Shown here one piece after another: positions 40,008 to 49,565 of a stretch of 64,000 nt of DNA. The DNA comes from Candidatus Oxydemutator sp. (GTDB lineage: Bacteria; Pseudomonadota; Gammaproteobacteria; Poriferisulfidales; Oxydemutatoraceae): positions 64,001 through 128,000 of the forward strand of contig OZ241883.1 of NCBI GenBank assembly GCA_965203445.1. Direction: 5' to 3'. The notes under the pieces are model-generated. The model made no database searches, was not told where the DNA came from, and was given only the letters and a program-made list of their open reading frames with translations. The position numbers were made by a program, and so were the translations under genes. Numbering within the stretch: position 1 is the stretch's first letter; each line of letters begins with the position of its first letter.

Positions 40008-40074
40008 AGCGCCGTCCACCGCAGCGGGTCGCGGAAATTGCGCGGCCGCGGCCGCGCGCTCCCGGCGACGACGG

Positions 40075-40905
40075 TCACTCGCGCCATTCGGCCAGGCGGC
40101 GGCTGAACTCGCGCCACGTAGGACCCGGCGCGCCGTCGCCGACGGCTTCGTCGTCTATCGTCGTCACCGGCAGGATTTCGCGCGTCGAACTGGTCAGCCA
40201 CACCTCGGTCGCGGTGAACAGCTCGGCCGCGGCAATCGCGCGCTGCTCGCAGACGACGCCGTGCGCGGCGGCGATCTCGATGACGACGCCGCGCGTGATC
40301 CCGGCCAGCAGGCGCGGCCCGGCCGGAGGCGTCGCGAGGTTGCCGGCGATGACGACGAAGACGTTGCTGGCGGCGCCCTCGGTGATCTTGCCGTCGCGCA
40401 GCAGGATCGCCTCGTGCGCGTCGCGGTCGCGCGCGCGCCGGCGCAGCAGCACGTTGGCGAGCAGGCTGACCGACTTGACGTCGCAACGCCCCCAGCGCGT
40501 GTCCTCGGCCGTGATCGCGCGCACGCCGCGCTCCGTCCGCGGTTCCTCGGGCTGCGCCAGCGTCATCGCAAACACCGTCGGTTCGAGGGCCTCGGAGGCG
40601 ACGTGATCCCTGGGCGCCACGCCGCGCGTAACCTGTACGTAGATTGCGAGATCGGACAAACCCGAACGCTCGATCAACCCGTCGCAGACGCCGCGCCACC
40701 GTTGCGGCGGGTACGGGTTTTTTATCTCGGCCTGGGCCAGGCTGTAGGCCAGGCGCTCGACGTGCGCCTGATAACGAAACATCCGGCCGCGGTACACCGG
40801 CACCACCTCATAGACGCCGTCGCCAAACAAAAAACCGCGGTCCAGCGGATTGATGCAGCACTCCTCGAGCGCCAGGAAGCGGCCGTCGTGATAGGCGGCG
40901 GTCAT
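40075..40905 (-). CDS. D-amino acid aminotransferase (class IV PLP)
   Basis: DRGFLFGDGVYEV, QVTRG..PRDH, KSVSLL.NVL, TEG..SN, LAGITR. Confidence 0.88.
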   Translation of the reverse strand: MTAAYHDGRFLALEECCINPLDRGFLFGDGVYEVVPVYRGRMFRYQAHVERLAYSLAQAEIKNPYPPQRWRGVCDGLIERSGLSDLAIYVQVTRGVAPRDHVASEALEPTVFAMTLAQPEEPRTERGVRAITAEDTRWGRCDVKSVSLLANVLLRRRARDRDAHEAILLRDGKITEGAASNVFVVIAGNLATPPAGPRLLAGITRGVVIEIAAAHGVVCEQRAIAAAELFTATEVWLTSSTREILPVTTIDDEAVGDGAPGPTWREFSRRLAEWRE

Positions 40906-42050
40906 TCAAACAGGCGGATGAAACCGTCTCCGATGCGGGTGAATATGCCTCCCTCGGGCACCGCCCGCGCGGCCACCAGCGGCGCCGCGTGCAACAGGCG
41001 GTCGCCAAAAAACGCGCGCGCGGTACCGAGCGCTTGGTGGCGGGCGACCGGCGCCTCGATATCCTCCCGCACCGACAGCTCGGTCCTGATCCCGGCGCGG
41101 CTGACTTTCGGCCAAGTCGCGTAGAAATCGTTCAGCAACACCAGATCGGCGTAGTCGTCCTCGCCGCCCCAGACGCGCGCGCGCTCCAACGGCTTCCCGT
41201 GCTCGAACAGGCGCGTGGTGCGGTAGAAACGAAAACCATAGCGCAGCAGCTCCGCGGTCTGCCGAAAACGTTGCTTGTCGCCGTCGCTGCCGAGCACGAC
41301 CGCTATCAGGCGCATGTCGTCCTGCCGCGCCGACGCCGCCAGGCAGTAGCCCGCGGCCTCGGTGTGGCCGGTCTTCAGGCCGTCCACGCCGAGGTTGCCG
41401 CCGCGCCACAGCAACTTGTTGCGATTGTGCTGGGTGATGCCGGCGTAGGTGAAACTGCGCTCGGCATACAGCGCGTAGTGGCGCGGGAAGTCGCGGATCA
41501 GCGCCTGCGACAGTCTGGCGACGTCGTAGGCGGTCATGTAGTGGCCGGTCGCGGGCAGGCCGCTGGTGTTCACGAAGTTCGAGCCGTCCATGCCGAGCGC
41601 GTCGGCGGTCTCGTTCATCACGTCCACAAAAGTCTCCTCCGAGCCCGCGACGTGTTCGGCCAGCGCGATGCTGGCGTCGTTGCCGGACTGGATCACGACG
41701 CCGGCGATCAGGTCGGACAACGCGACCGACTGCCCGACCTCGATGAACGTGCGCGAGCCCGGGGCGCGCCACGCCGCTTCGCTGACCACCGCCTCGTCGT
41801 CTATGGACACCCGCCCGTCGGCCAGCGCCTGGTAGGCCACGTAGGCGGTCATCAGCTTGGTGAGGCTGGCCGGCTCGAACGATTCCCCGGCGTTCTTCTC
41901 GGCCAGGATCGCGCCGCTGTGGTAGTCCATCAGCAGGTAGCCGCGCGCCGTCGAATCGGGCGGGCGCGGCGCCCAGTCGTTTGCCGCCGCGCCCGGCGAC
42001 CACGCCGCGCCCGCGACCCAGGCGGCCGCCAGCAGGCGGCGCGCGCTCAC
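40902..42050 (-). CDS. D-alanyl-D-alanine carboxypeptidase (PBP5/6)
   Basis: PASLTKLMT (SxxK), SGNDA (SxN), KTGHT (KTG). Confidence 0.93.
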   Translation of the reverse strand: MSARRLLAAAWVAGAAWSPGAAANDWAPRPPDSTARGYLLMDYHSGAILAEKNAGESFEPASLTKLMTAYVAYQALADGRVSIDDEAVVSEAAWRAPGSRTFIEVGQSVALSDLIAGVVIQSGNDASIALAEHVAGSEETFVDVMNETADALGMDGSNFVNTSGLPATGHYMTAYDVARLSQALIRDFPRHYALYAERSFTYAGITQHNRNKLLWRGGNLGVDGLKTGHTEAAGYCLAASARQDDMRLIAVVLGSDGDKQRFRQTAELLRYGFRFYRTTRLFEHGKPLERARVWGGEDDYADLVLLNDFYATWPKVSRAGIRTELSVREDIEAPVARHQALGTARAFFGDRLLHAAPLVAARAVPEGGIFTRIGDGFIRLFE

Positions 42051-42829
42051 CACGGCAACACCAGGTAATCGGCAAAGCCGCGCGAACGCAGCCGTTTCTT
42101 GATCGCCGCCAGTTCGCGCAACGCGTAAGGCCCCAGGCGCACCTGGTTGACGCGGCGCCCGCGCGCGCGCGTCCTGACGACCGACGGCCTTAGATCCTTG
42201 AGTTTTTCGGCAACCACCTCGGCGCTGCGCCGGCTGGAATAGGCGCCGACCTGTATCCATCGGTCGCGGCGCCGCGCCGGGGGCAGCAGCTCGATCTCGA
42301 CCGGCACGACGCCGTCTTGGACCATCCCCAATTTGCGCGCCGCCGCGTACGACAGATCTATGATGCGGCCCTCGACGAAAGGCCCGCGGTCGTTGACGCG
42401 AACGACGACGCTCTTGTCGTTGTTCAGGTTGACGACGCGCACGTAGCTCGGCAGCGGCAGCGTCTTGTGCGCGGCGCTCAGTTCGTGCATGTCGAAAATC
42501 TCGCTATTGGCGGTGGGACGCCCGTCAAACCGTTTGCCGTACCAGGAGGCCTTGCCGGTCTCGCGGTAGCCGATCGGGCGCGGTCTCACGTGGTAGCTGC
42601 GACCCGCGATCTCGTACGAATACCTCGGGCCGCGAGGCCGCCAGGCCGTGGCTTGCGCACCCTGGCGCTTCGCGCCGGGCGCGTGCCCGGCGGCGGCGTT
42701 CTCCGAGACGTGTGCGTAGGCGCCGCCACCCGGCGTCGCGCAGCCGCCCAACGTCCACGCGCCGACCAACGTCGCGCACACGCCGAGCGCGCAGGCGGCG
42801 TTTTTGGTCCTTGCGTTGCGCGTCTGCAC
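42047..42829 (-). CDS. rlpA: Septal ring lytic transglycosylase RlpA
   Basis: G.ASWYG..F.GR.TA..E.FDM..LSAAHKTLPLP, RVNDRGPF..GRIIDLS, SPOR domain. Confidence 0.93.
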   Translation of the reverse strand: MQTRNARTKNAACALGVCATLVGAWTLGGCATPGGGAYAHVSENAAAGHAPGAKRQGAQATAWRPRGPRYSYEIAGRSYHVRPRPIGYRETGKASWYGKRFDGRPTANSEIFDMHELSAAHKTLPLPSYVRVVNLNNDKSVVVRVNDRGPFVEGRIIDLSYAAARKLGMVQDGVVPVEIELLPPARRRDRWIQVGAYSSRRSAEVVAEKLKDLRPSVVRTRARGRRVNQVRLGPYALRELAAIKKRLRSRGFADYLVLPW

Positions 42830-42850
42830 GTATCGAAATCGGCGGTTCGT

Positions 42851-43861
42851 CTATTCGGCGTCACGGTACGCCCGGTGGATGAGTTGCCCCAGGCGGTGCA
42901 CCGCCATCGCGTAGCGGCGGCTCGTATTATAGCGGGTAATCACGTAGAAATTGTTGTAGCCGACCCAGATCCGGCGGTCGCCGTTCTCGTGCACGAAGCC
43001 GAACAACGCGAAGCGCGGCTCGCGCGGCGTGAAGCCGTTCACGCGCACGCCGTGCCCGGCCAGGTCCGCGACCGAAAGCCAGGGCTTCAGTTCGCGGTTG
43101 AGCAGCGCCTCGTAGTCGCCGGCGCCGATCTCGACGTATTCGCCGAGCGGCGCGTGCCGGTCCCAGCCGTGGCGCGCCAGGTAATTGGCGACGCTGCCGA
43201 TGGCGTCCGCCGCGCTCCACAGATCGCGCGCGCCGTCGCCGTCGAAGTCGATTGCATAGGCGCGGTAGCTACTCGGAATAAACTGTCCGAAACCCATGGC
43301 CCCGGCGTAGGACCCGGTGAGCGCCCCGCAATCTATGCCGTCGCCGCGGCACAACAGCAGAAACTGGGTCAGCTCGCGGCGGAAAAACGCGGCGCGGCGC
43401 GGATAATCGAAACCCAGGGTCACCAGCGTGTCGAATACCGGAAAACCGCCGGTTCTGGTGCCGTACAGGGTCTCGACGCCGAGGATCGCCAGCACGATCC
43501 GCGGCGGCACCGCGAACCGCGCGGCGGCGCGCTCGAGCAGGCCGCGGTGCTCGCGCCAATAGCGCACGCCGGCCGCAACGCGCGCGTCGGTCAGGAAGAT
43601 CTCGCGGTACTCGTGCCACGGCAGCGCCTCGGCCGGACGATCCATCGCCGCAATCGCGCTCTCCTGCCTGACCGCGCGCCGGAACAGGTCTTCGAGCGCC
43701 GCGCGCTCGAACGAGTGCCGCGAGACGAGCTCGTCCACGTACGCCTTGACGTCGGCGCGCTCGTGGTATGACGCGGGCGCGGCCTGCACGAGCGCGAACG
43801 GCAGGCACAGCGCCGCCGATACCGCGCGCGCGGCCGTTTTCAACGCCGGGTCCAGGATCAT
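42851..43861 (-). CDS. mltB: Lytic murein transglycosylase B
   Basis: ILGVET.YG, GSYAGAMG.GQFIPSSY..YAIDFDGDG, NFYVITRYN. Confidence 0.93.
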   Translation of the reverse strand: MILDPALKTAARAVSAALCLPFALVQAAPASYHERADVKAYVDELVSRHSFERAALEDLFRRAVRQESAIAAMDRPAEALPWHEYREIFLTDARVAAGVRYWREHRGLLERAAARFAVPPRIVLAILGVETLYGTRTGGFPVFDTLVTLGFDYPRRAAFFRRELTQFLLLCRGDGIDCGALTGSYAGAMGFGQFIPSSYRAYAIDFDGDGARDLWSAADAIGSVANYLARHGWDRHAPLGEYVEIGAGDYEALLNRELKPWLSVADLAGHGVRVNGFTPREPRFALFGFVHENGDRRIWVGYNNFYVITRYNTSRRYAMAVHRLGQLIHRAYRDAE

Positions 43862-44991
43862 GGAATACGCCTTATCATCGGGCGGTACCCCGACACCGCC
43901 ATGAGAATACCGAACGAGGCCAGCAGCGTGACCGCCGAGGTGCCGCCGTAGCTCAACAGCGGCAGCGGCACGCCGACCACCGGAATCAGGCCGCTGACCA
44001 TGGCTACGTTGATCAGGAAGTACACGGCGAACGAAAAAGTCAGGCTGCCCGCCAACAGGCGGCTGAAATCGTCCGGCGCGCGCAGCGCTATCATGGCACC
44101 GCGAACGGTGACGCCGACGTAGACTGCGAGCAGCACGCACGTGCCGATGAAACCGAACTCCTCGGCAAACACCGAGAACACGAAGTCGGTCGAGCGCTCG
44201 GGCACGAAGCCCAGATGCGCCTGGGTGCCGTTCATCCAGCCCTTGCCCCACAGTCCGCCGCCGCCGATCGCGATCTTCGACTGGATGGCGTGGTAGCCGA
44301 CGCCCAGCGGATCGCTCTGCGGATCGAGAAACACCAGCACGCGCTGGCGTTGGTATTCGCGCAGCGCGTCCCACAGGAACGGCGCCGATAGCAGGCCGCC
44401 GGCCAGCAGCAGCAGTATCCAGCGGTAGCGCACGCCGGCGAAGAAGATCACGAACATCCCGGAGACCGCGACCAGGAACGCGGTGCCCAGGTCCGGCTGC
44501 CACAGGATCAGCCCGACCGGCAGCGCCAGCAACGGCAACGCGAGCGCTATCCTGGGCAGCGGCGGGCGCTCTCCGGCGTGCCCGGCGAGCAACGCGCACA
44601 GCAGCATCGGCGTCGCCAGCTTCAGCAACTCCGACGGCTGAAAACGCACCAGCCACACGTCGAGCCAGCGTTGTGCGCCCTTGCTGACGTCGCCTGCAAA
44701 CCACACCACCAGCAGCAGGACGACGGTGCCGACGTAGAGCGTGGGCACCCAGCGGCGGTAGGTTGCAAGCGGCACCGCCGACAGCAGTACCATCAGCGCA
44801 AAACCGAGCGACAGGCGCACCCCCTGGCGCACGATCAAGCGCGCGTCGTCGCCCGCCGAACTGAGCAAGGTGACGACGCCGATGGCGACCAGCGACAGCA
44901 GCAGAAAAAGCAGCGGGTAGTCCAGGCGCACCAGCCGCCACCCGGCGCGCCAGGCGGCGGCCACCGACGGCATTGCAGAAGACGCGACCAT
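43858..44991 (-). CDS. rodA: Rod shape-determining SEDS protein RodA
   Basis: GAQRWL, QPSE.LK, QPDLGT, GY..IQSKIAIG.GG, PE.STDF, GVPLPLLSYGG. Confidence 0.95.
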   Translation of the reverse strand: MVASSAMPSVAAAWRAGWRLVRLDYPLLFLLLSLVAIGVVTLLSSAGDDARLIVRQGVRLSLGFALMVLLSAVPLATYRRWVPTLYVGTVVLLLVVWFAGDVSKGAQRWLDVWLVRFQPSELLKLATPMLLCALLAGHAGERPPLPRIALALPLLALPVGLILWQPDLGTAFLVAVSGMFVIFFAGVRYRWILLLLAGGLLSAPFLWDALREYQRQRVLVFLDPQSDPLGVGYHAIQSKIAIGGGGLWGKGWMNGTQAHLGFVPERSTDFVFSVFAEEFGFIGTCVLLAVYVGVTVRGAMIALRAPDDFSRLLAGSLTFSFAVYFLINVAMVSGLIPVVGVPLPLLSYGGTSAVTLLASFGILMAVSGYRPMIRRIP

Positions 44992-46844
44992 CAGCGCACC
45001 GCGCCAAGCGACAGCCGCACCCGACTCAGGTCGAAATAGGCGTCGAATATCCTGCGCGCGGCCGGGGCCGCGGCGCGCCCGCCGCTGCCGCCGTGCTCGA
45101 TCACGACGGCGACCGCGATCTCCGGCTCCTCGACCGGCGCGAAGGCTACGAACATCGCGTGATCCTCCGGATCATTCTCGCGTTGCTCGGCGCTGCCGGC
45201 CTCGTCGCGCACTATCGTCTTTAATTGCGCGGTGCCGGTCTTGCCGGCGACGAAATAGGACAGGTCGTCGCTGATGCGAAAGGCGGTGCCGTTCGGGCTG
45301 TGCACGACCGCGACCATCGCGCCGATGACGTAATCCCAGTGCTCGGCGGCGCCCCCGAAGACGCGCTTGCGCGCCGCCGGCGGCAGCGCCCGCCACGCCT
45401 GCTCATGCGCACCGCGCACCGCCTTGACCAGTCTGGGCGCGGCCTGCTCGCCGCGCATCGCCAGCACCGCCGTCATCGCCGCCATCTGCAGCGGCGTCGC
45501 CAGCATGTAGCCCTGGCCGATGCCGGCGATGACCGTCTCCGCCGGGAACCACGGCTGGCCCAGCGCGTGGCGCTTCCATTCGGGCGACGGCACCAGGCCG
45601 GGCAACTCGGCGGTGGTGTCTATGCCGGTCGCGCGGCCCAGGCCGAAGCGCCTCAGAAAAGCGGCGAGCCTGACGATACCCAGACGCTGCGCGGCGTCGT
45701 AAAAAAAAACGTCGCACGACTGCGTGATCGCCTTGCCCATGTCCACCCATCCGTGCCCCTCCTCGCGCCAGTCGTAGTAACGGCGCGAATAACCGGGCAA
45801 CTGGTAGTAGGGGCCCGCGAACAGGCGCCGGTGCACGTCGCCGGTACCGTTGTGCAGGGCGGCGAGCGCGACCACCGGCTTGATCGTCGAACCGGGCGGG
45901 TACTGCCCCGACACCGCGCGGTTGAAAAAAGGTTTCGAGGCGCTGTCGCGCAACCAGTTGTACTCCTCGTCGGACAGCCCCCCGGAAAACAGATTCGGGT
46001 TGTACGACGGCCTGCTGACCAACGCCAGCACGTCGCCGTTGCGAGGATCCAGCGCGACGACCGCGCCGTGGTGGCCGTCGAGCGCCGCGTACGCCTGTTC
46101 CTGCAACGCGGCGTCCAGGGTCAGCATCAGATCGTCGCCGGCGCGCGGCTTGCGTCCGCCGACGTCGCGAATCACGTGGCCACCGGCGTTGACCTCGACG
46201 CGGCGAAACCCGGCGGCGCCGTAGAGCACGCGCTCGTAACGCCGCTCGACGCCGGTCTTGCCGATGTAGGGCGCGCCGCGGTACTTGGACGCCTCGAAAT
46301 CGCCCAGGTCATCGCGGCTGATGGCGCCGACGTAACCGATGGCGTGGGCGAACAGTTCGTCGTAGGGATAGTCGCGCGCGAGACGACCGACGATATCAAC
46401 GCCGTCGAGACGGTGGCGCAGGATCGCAAGACGCGCCACTTCCTCCTCGCTCAGATGCGAGCGCAGCAGCACGCCGTGGCGCGGCGGCGCGGCGGCGAGC
46501 ATCCTGCGAAAGCGCCGCACGTCGTCGTCGGTGACGGCCACGACGGCGCGCAGCGCGCGCAGCGTCGCGTCCACGTCGCCGACCAGCGACGGCGTTATCT
46601 CGATACTGTAGGCGGTGCGGTTGCCGGCCAGCAGCAGCCCGTTGCGGTCGTAGATCGAACCACGCGCCGGCGGCGACGGCAGCAGGTTCAGGCGATTCTC
46701 CTCGGACAGCGTGCGGTAATGGTCGTGCTCGCTGACCTGTAGCGTGAACAGGTGGAACAACACCGCGATCACCGCCGCCAGCGTGGCCAGCGCGGCGACC
46801 ACGACGCGCCCGAAAAACAGGCGCCGCCGCGCGCGCGCGCTCAT
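44991..46844 (-). CDS. mrdA: Penicillin-binding protein 2 (start uncertain)
   Basis: RGSIYDRNG, GKTGVE, PPGSTIKP, SCD.FFY, AGKTGTAQ. Confidence 0.94.
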   Translation of the reverse strand: MSARARRRLFFGRVVVAALATLAAVIAVLFHLFTLQVSEHDHYRTLSEENRLNLLPSPPARGSIYDRNGLLLAGNRTAYSIEITPSLVGDVDATLRALRAVVAVTDDDVRRFRRMLAAAPPRHGVLLRSHLSEEEVARLAILRHRLDGVDIVGRLARDYPYDELFAHAIGYVGAISRDDLGDFEASKYRGAPYIGKTGVERRYERVLYGAAGFRRVEVNAGGHVIRDVGGRKPRAGDDLMLTLDAALQEQAYAALDGHHGAVVALDPRNGDVLALVSRPSYNPNLFSGGLSDEEYNWLRDSASKPFFNRAVSGQYPPGSTIKPVVALAALHNGTGDVHRRLFAGPYYQLPGYSRRYYDWREEGHGWVDMGKAITQSCDVFFYDAAQRLGIVRLAAFLRRFGLGRATGIDTTAELPGLVPSPEWKRHALGQPWFPAETVIAGIGQGYMLATPLQMAAMTAVLAMRGEQAAPRLVKAVRGAHEQAWRALPPAARKRVFGGAAEHWDYVIGAMVAVVHSPNGTAFRISDDLSYFVAGKTGTAQLKTIVRDEAGSAEQRENDPEDHAMFVAFAPVEEPEIAVAVVIEHGGSGGRAAAPAARRIFDAYFDLSRVRLSLGAVR

Positions 46845-46875
46845 CGAAACGGGCGCGTTGCGCGCGCCGTGCGCG

Positions 46876-47403
46876 TCATCCCGAATGACGGCGCGCGCTC
46901 GCCGTGATCTCGCGCCGCGCCGCGTCGGCGTCGAGCCAGCCCTCGACCTTGACCCATTTGCCCGGTTCGAGTTTCTTATAGTGTTCGAAGAAATGAACGA
47001 TCTGGTCGCGCAGGTTGGCGGGCAGCTGCTCGAGCGTCTCGACGTCGTCGTAACCGCCATTGGCGCCGCGCACCGGCAGCGCGACGATCTTCAGATCGCG
47101 CCCCGATTCGTCGCTCATGTCGAGCGCCGCCAGCGGGCGGCAGCGCACGACGCAGCCGACGACGAGCGGCGTCGGCGTGATCACCAGCACGTCGAGCGGA
47201 TCGCCGTCCTCGGACAGCGTGTTCGGCACGAAACCGTAGTTCGCCGGATAGTGCATCGGCACGTTGATAAAGCGATCCACCAGCACGGCGCCGCTTCTTT
47301 TGTCCACCTCGTACTTGACCGGCGCGGCGTGCGCCGGAATCTCGATAACGACGTTCAGCACCTCGGGCAACGGATCGCCCGGCGTCAGTTCGGCCAGGTT
47401 CAT
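46876..47403 (-). CDS. ppa: Inorganic pyrophosphatase
   Basis: VIEIP, VKYEVDK, YPANYGF, DGDPLDVLV, HFFEHYK.LE.GKWVKV. Confidence 0.96.
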   Translation of the reverse strand: MNLAELTPGDPLPEVLNVVIEIPAHAAPVKYEVDKRSGAVLVDRFINVPMHYPANYGFVPNTLSEDGDPLDVLVITPTPLVVGCVVRCRPLAALDMSDESGRDLKIVALPVRGANGGYDDVETLEQLPANLRDQIVHFFEHYKKLEPGKWVKVEGWLDADAARREITASARRHSG

Positions 47404-47430
47404 CGCGCGCCGCGCGTCGCGCGCCGCGGG

Positions 47431-47751
47431 CTAACCGTCGCCATGCGCCGCGTCCACCATTTTTTGCAATTCGCCGCTGGCGGACAATTCCAGCGTGATG
47501 TCGCAACCGCCGACCAGTTCGCCGCCGATGTACAACTGCGGAAACGTCGGCCAGTTCGCAAACCGCGGCAGGTGCTCGAACACCTCCGGGTCGAGCAGCA
47601 CGTTGACGTAGGCGAACTCGCGCCCGCATTCCTGCAACGCCGCCGAGGCGCGGCTCGAAAACCCGCACTGCGGCATCTGCGGCGTGCCCTTCATGTAGAG
47701 TATGACCGGGTTGTCCGCAACCTGCCCCCTGATTTTGTCCATAACGTCCAT
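47431..47751 (-). CDS. grxD: Monothiol glutaredoxin Grx4
   Basis: YMKGTP..PQCGFS, WPTFPQLY..GELVGGCDI. Confidence 0.96.
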   Translation of the reverse strand: MDVMDKIRGQVADNPVILYMKGTPQMPQCGFSSRASAALQECGREFAYVNVLLDPEVFEHLPRFANWPTFPQLYIGGELVGGCDITLELSASGELQKMVDAAHGDG

Positions 47752-47788
47752 ATGCGCCTCCAGTAAGGTTGACCGCGGATTATAGCAG

Positions 47789-47910
47789 CTCACTCCCCAC
47801 CCTCTCCTAGGGGGAGAAGGTTACATTATTAGCCTGCGGGCACCTTCTCTCTCTGAATAAAGAATGGCCGAAGCCTCCCCACCAAACCCTCTCCCAGGGG
47901 GAGAGAGAAG
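47789..47910. repeat. Two degenerate REP-like palindromes (CCCTCTCC-n-GGGAGA)
   Basis: ctcactccccaccctctcctagggggagaagg (47789-47820) and ctccccaccaaaccctctcccaggggggagagag (47875-47908); related copy at 13111-13135. Confidence 0.55.
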
Positions 47911-47962
47911 GATTTGCTCGGGATCACCGACGTTGAGGACATGTTACAATCCGTTCCTGATC

Positions 47963-48196
47963 ATGAGCACGATAGATCTTTATCAACTGCTCAGACGCAT
48001 TCCCGACGTCACCGACGATGAGGCGAAGGCGGCGGCGGACTTGATTGCCTAAGCCGACGAAGTGGTTACCAAGGCCGATCTGGAGGCTGCGCTTTCCCGG
48101 CTTGAGGCCAGGCTGACCAGATTGATATTCGGCGTCGTTTTCAGCGCCGCCGCCGTTATTATTGCCGCGGTCGGCGCAATAACGAAGCTCACCTGA
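47963..48196 (+). pseudogene. Small coiled-coil + C-terminal TM protein (DUF1640/CCDC90-like) interrupted by an in-frame TAA
   Basis: MSTIDLYQLLRRIPDVTDDEAKAAADLIA*ADEVVTKADLEAALSRLEARLTRLIFGVVFSAAAVIIAAVGAITKLT*; the frame continues past TAA 48050-48052 with the TKADL motif. Confidence 0.6.
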
Positions 48197-48279
48197 CACG
48201 CGCCGCCGGCGCCGCCTGGCGTCGTCCCCCTTCGCTTTCTTCCGACCTGCGCCCACCCAGCGTGCGCTATCATGGCCGC

Positions 48280-49395
48280 ATGATGCGGCCACGACCACTA
48301 CGCGCGGCACGCCTGGTGCGGGCGTGGTGCCACGAACTCGGCTTCGACGACGTCGGTTTCTCGCACACGCGCCTCGATCGCTACGAGGCGCGCTTGCACG
48401 ACTGGCTCGCCGCCGGCATGCACGGCGAGATGCGTTACATGGAAGCGCACGGCGACAAGCGCAGCCGCCCGGCGCACCTGGTGGCGGGCACCGTCAGCGT
48501 GATCTCGGTGCGCATGAACTACCTGTCCGCGGCCGCCGCGCCGGCGTGGTCGGTGCTCGGCCAATCGCACAAGGCATACGTCTCGCGCTACGCGCTCGGG
48601 CGCGACTACCACAAGCTGATGCGCAAGAAGCTGCAAAAACTCGCCGACCGCATGACCGAAGCCTTCGGCAGCTTCGGCTACCGCGCCTTCGTGGACAGCG
48701 CGCCGGTTCTCGAGAAACCGTTGGCCGAGCAGGCCGGCCTCGGCTGGATCGGCAAGCATACCTGCCTGATCTCGCGCACTTCCGGATCGTGGTTTTTCTT
48801 AGGTGAGCTATACACCGATCTGCCGCTGCCGGCGGCGACGCCGCAACAAGACCATTGCGGACGCTGCCAACGCTGTATCGACGTCTGCCCGACGCGCGCC
48901 ATCGTGGCACCGTACAAACTCGACGCGAGGCGTTGCATTTCGTACCTGACGATCGAGCTGAAGGGCGCGATCCCGGTCGCGTTGCGGCCGCTGATCGGTA
49001 ACCGTGTCTTCGGCTGCGACGACTGCCAGCTGGTATGCCCGTGGAACCGCTACGCGCGCCACGCCACGGAGGCGGGTTTTGCGCCGCAAGGCGGCATAGA
49101 CGACGCCGAGTTGTTGGAACTGTTCGCCTGGAATGAAGAGCAGTTTGAGCGCAAACTGGCGGGTTCCGCGATCCGCCGCATCGGCCATGAACGCTGGCAA
49201 CGCAACGTCGCCGTCGCTCTCGGCAACGCGGACTATTGCGCCGACGTCGCCGCGGCACTGGCGGCAAAACGCAACCATCCGTCGCCGCTGGTGCGCGAAC
49301 ACGTGCGCTGGGCGCTGCTCGAGCAGCAGCGCAAAAAAAAGGGAATTATGTATCCAAATCTACAAAAACATGAAAATTACTCATCAGGACAATAG
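48280..49395 (+). CDS. queG: Epoxyqueuosine reductase
   Basis: SRYALGRDYH, VDSAPVLE, GSWFFLGE, CGRCQRCIDVCPT, GCDDCQLVCPWN. Confidence 0.95.
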   Translation: MMRPRPLRAARLVRAWCHELGFDDVGFSHTRLDRYEARLHDWLAAGMHGEMRYMEAHGDKRSRPAHLVAGTVSVISVRMNYLSAAAAPAWSVLGQSHKAYVSRYALGRDYHKLMRKKLQKLADRMTEAFGSFGYRAFVDSAPVLEKPLAEQAGLGWIGKHTCLISRTSGSWFFLGELYTDLPLPAATPQQDHCGRCQRCIDVCPTRAIVAPYKLDARRCISYLTIELKGAIPVALRPLIGNRVFGCDDCQLVCPWNRYARHATEAGFAPQGGIDDAELLELFAWNEEQFERKLAGSAIRRIGHERWQRNVAVALGNADYCADVAAALAAKRNHPSPLVREHVRWALLEQQRKKKGIMYPNLQKHENYSSGQ

Positions 49396-49565
49396 CTTGT
49401 ATGTAATCTTCCTCGTTTATTCAGTGTTTATTCAGCATTTTGTATAAATATATGTTATCTCTCATATTTTCTAACACCTTGCAGATTTTGCTACATAATT
49501 CCCTCAGAAAAGACTACTTTGGCCAAGCCGCCAGGATGCCGGCATCAGAATGGACAATATCCTCT

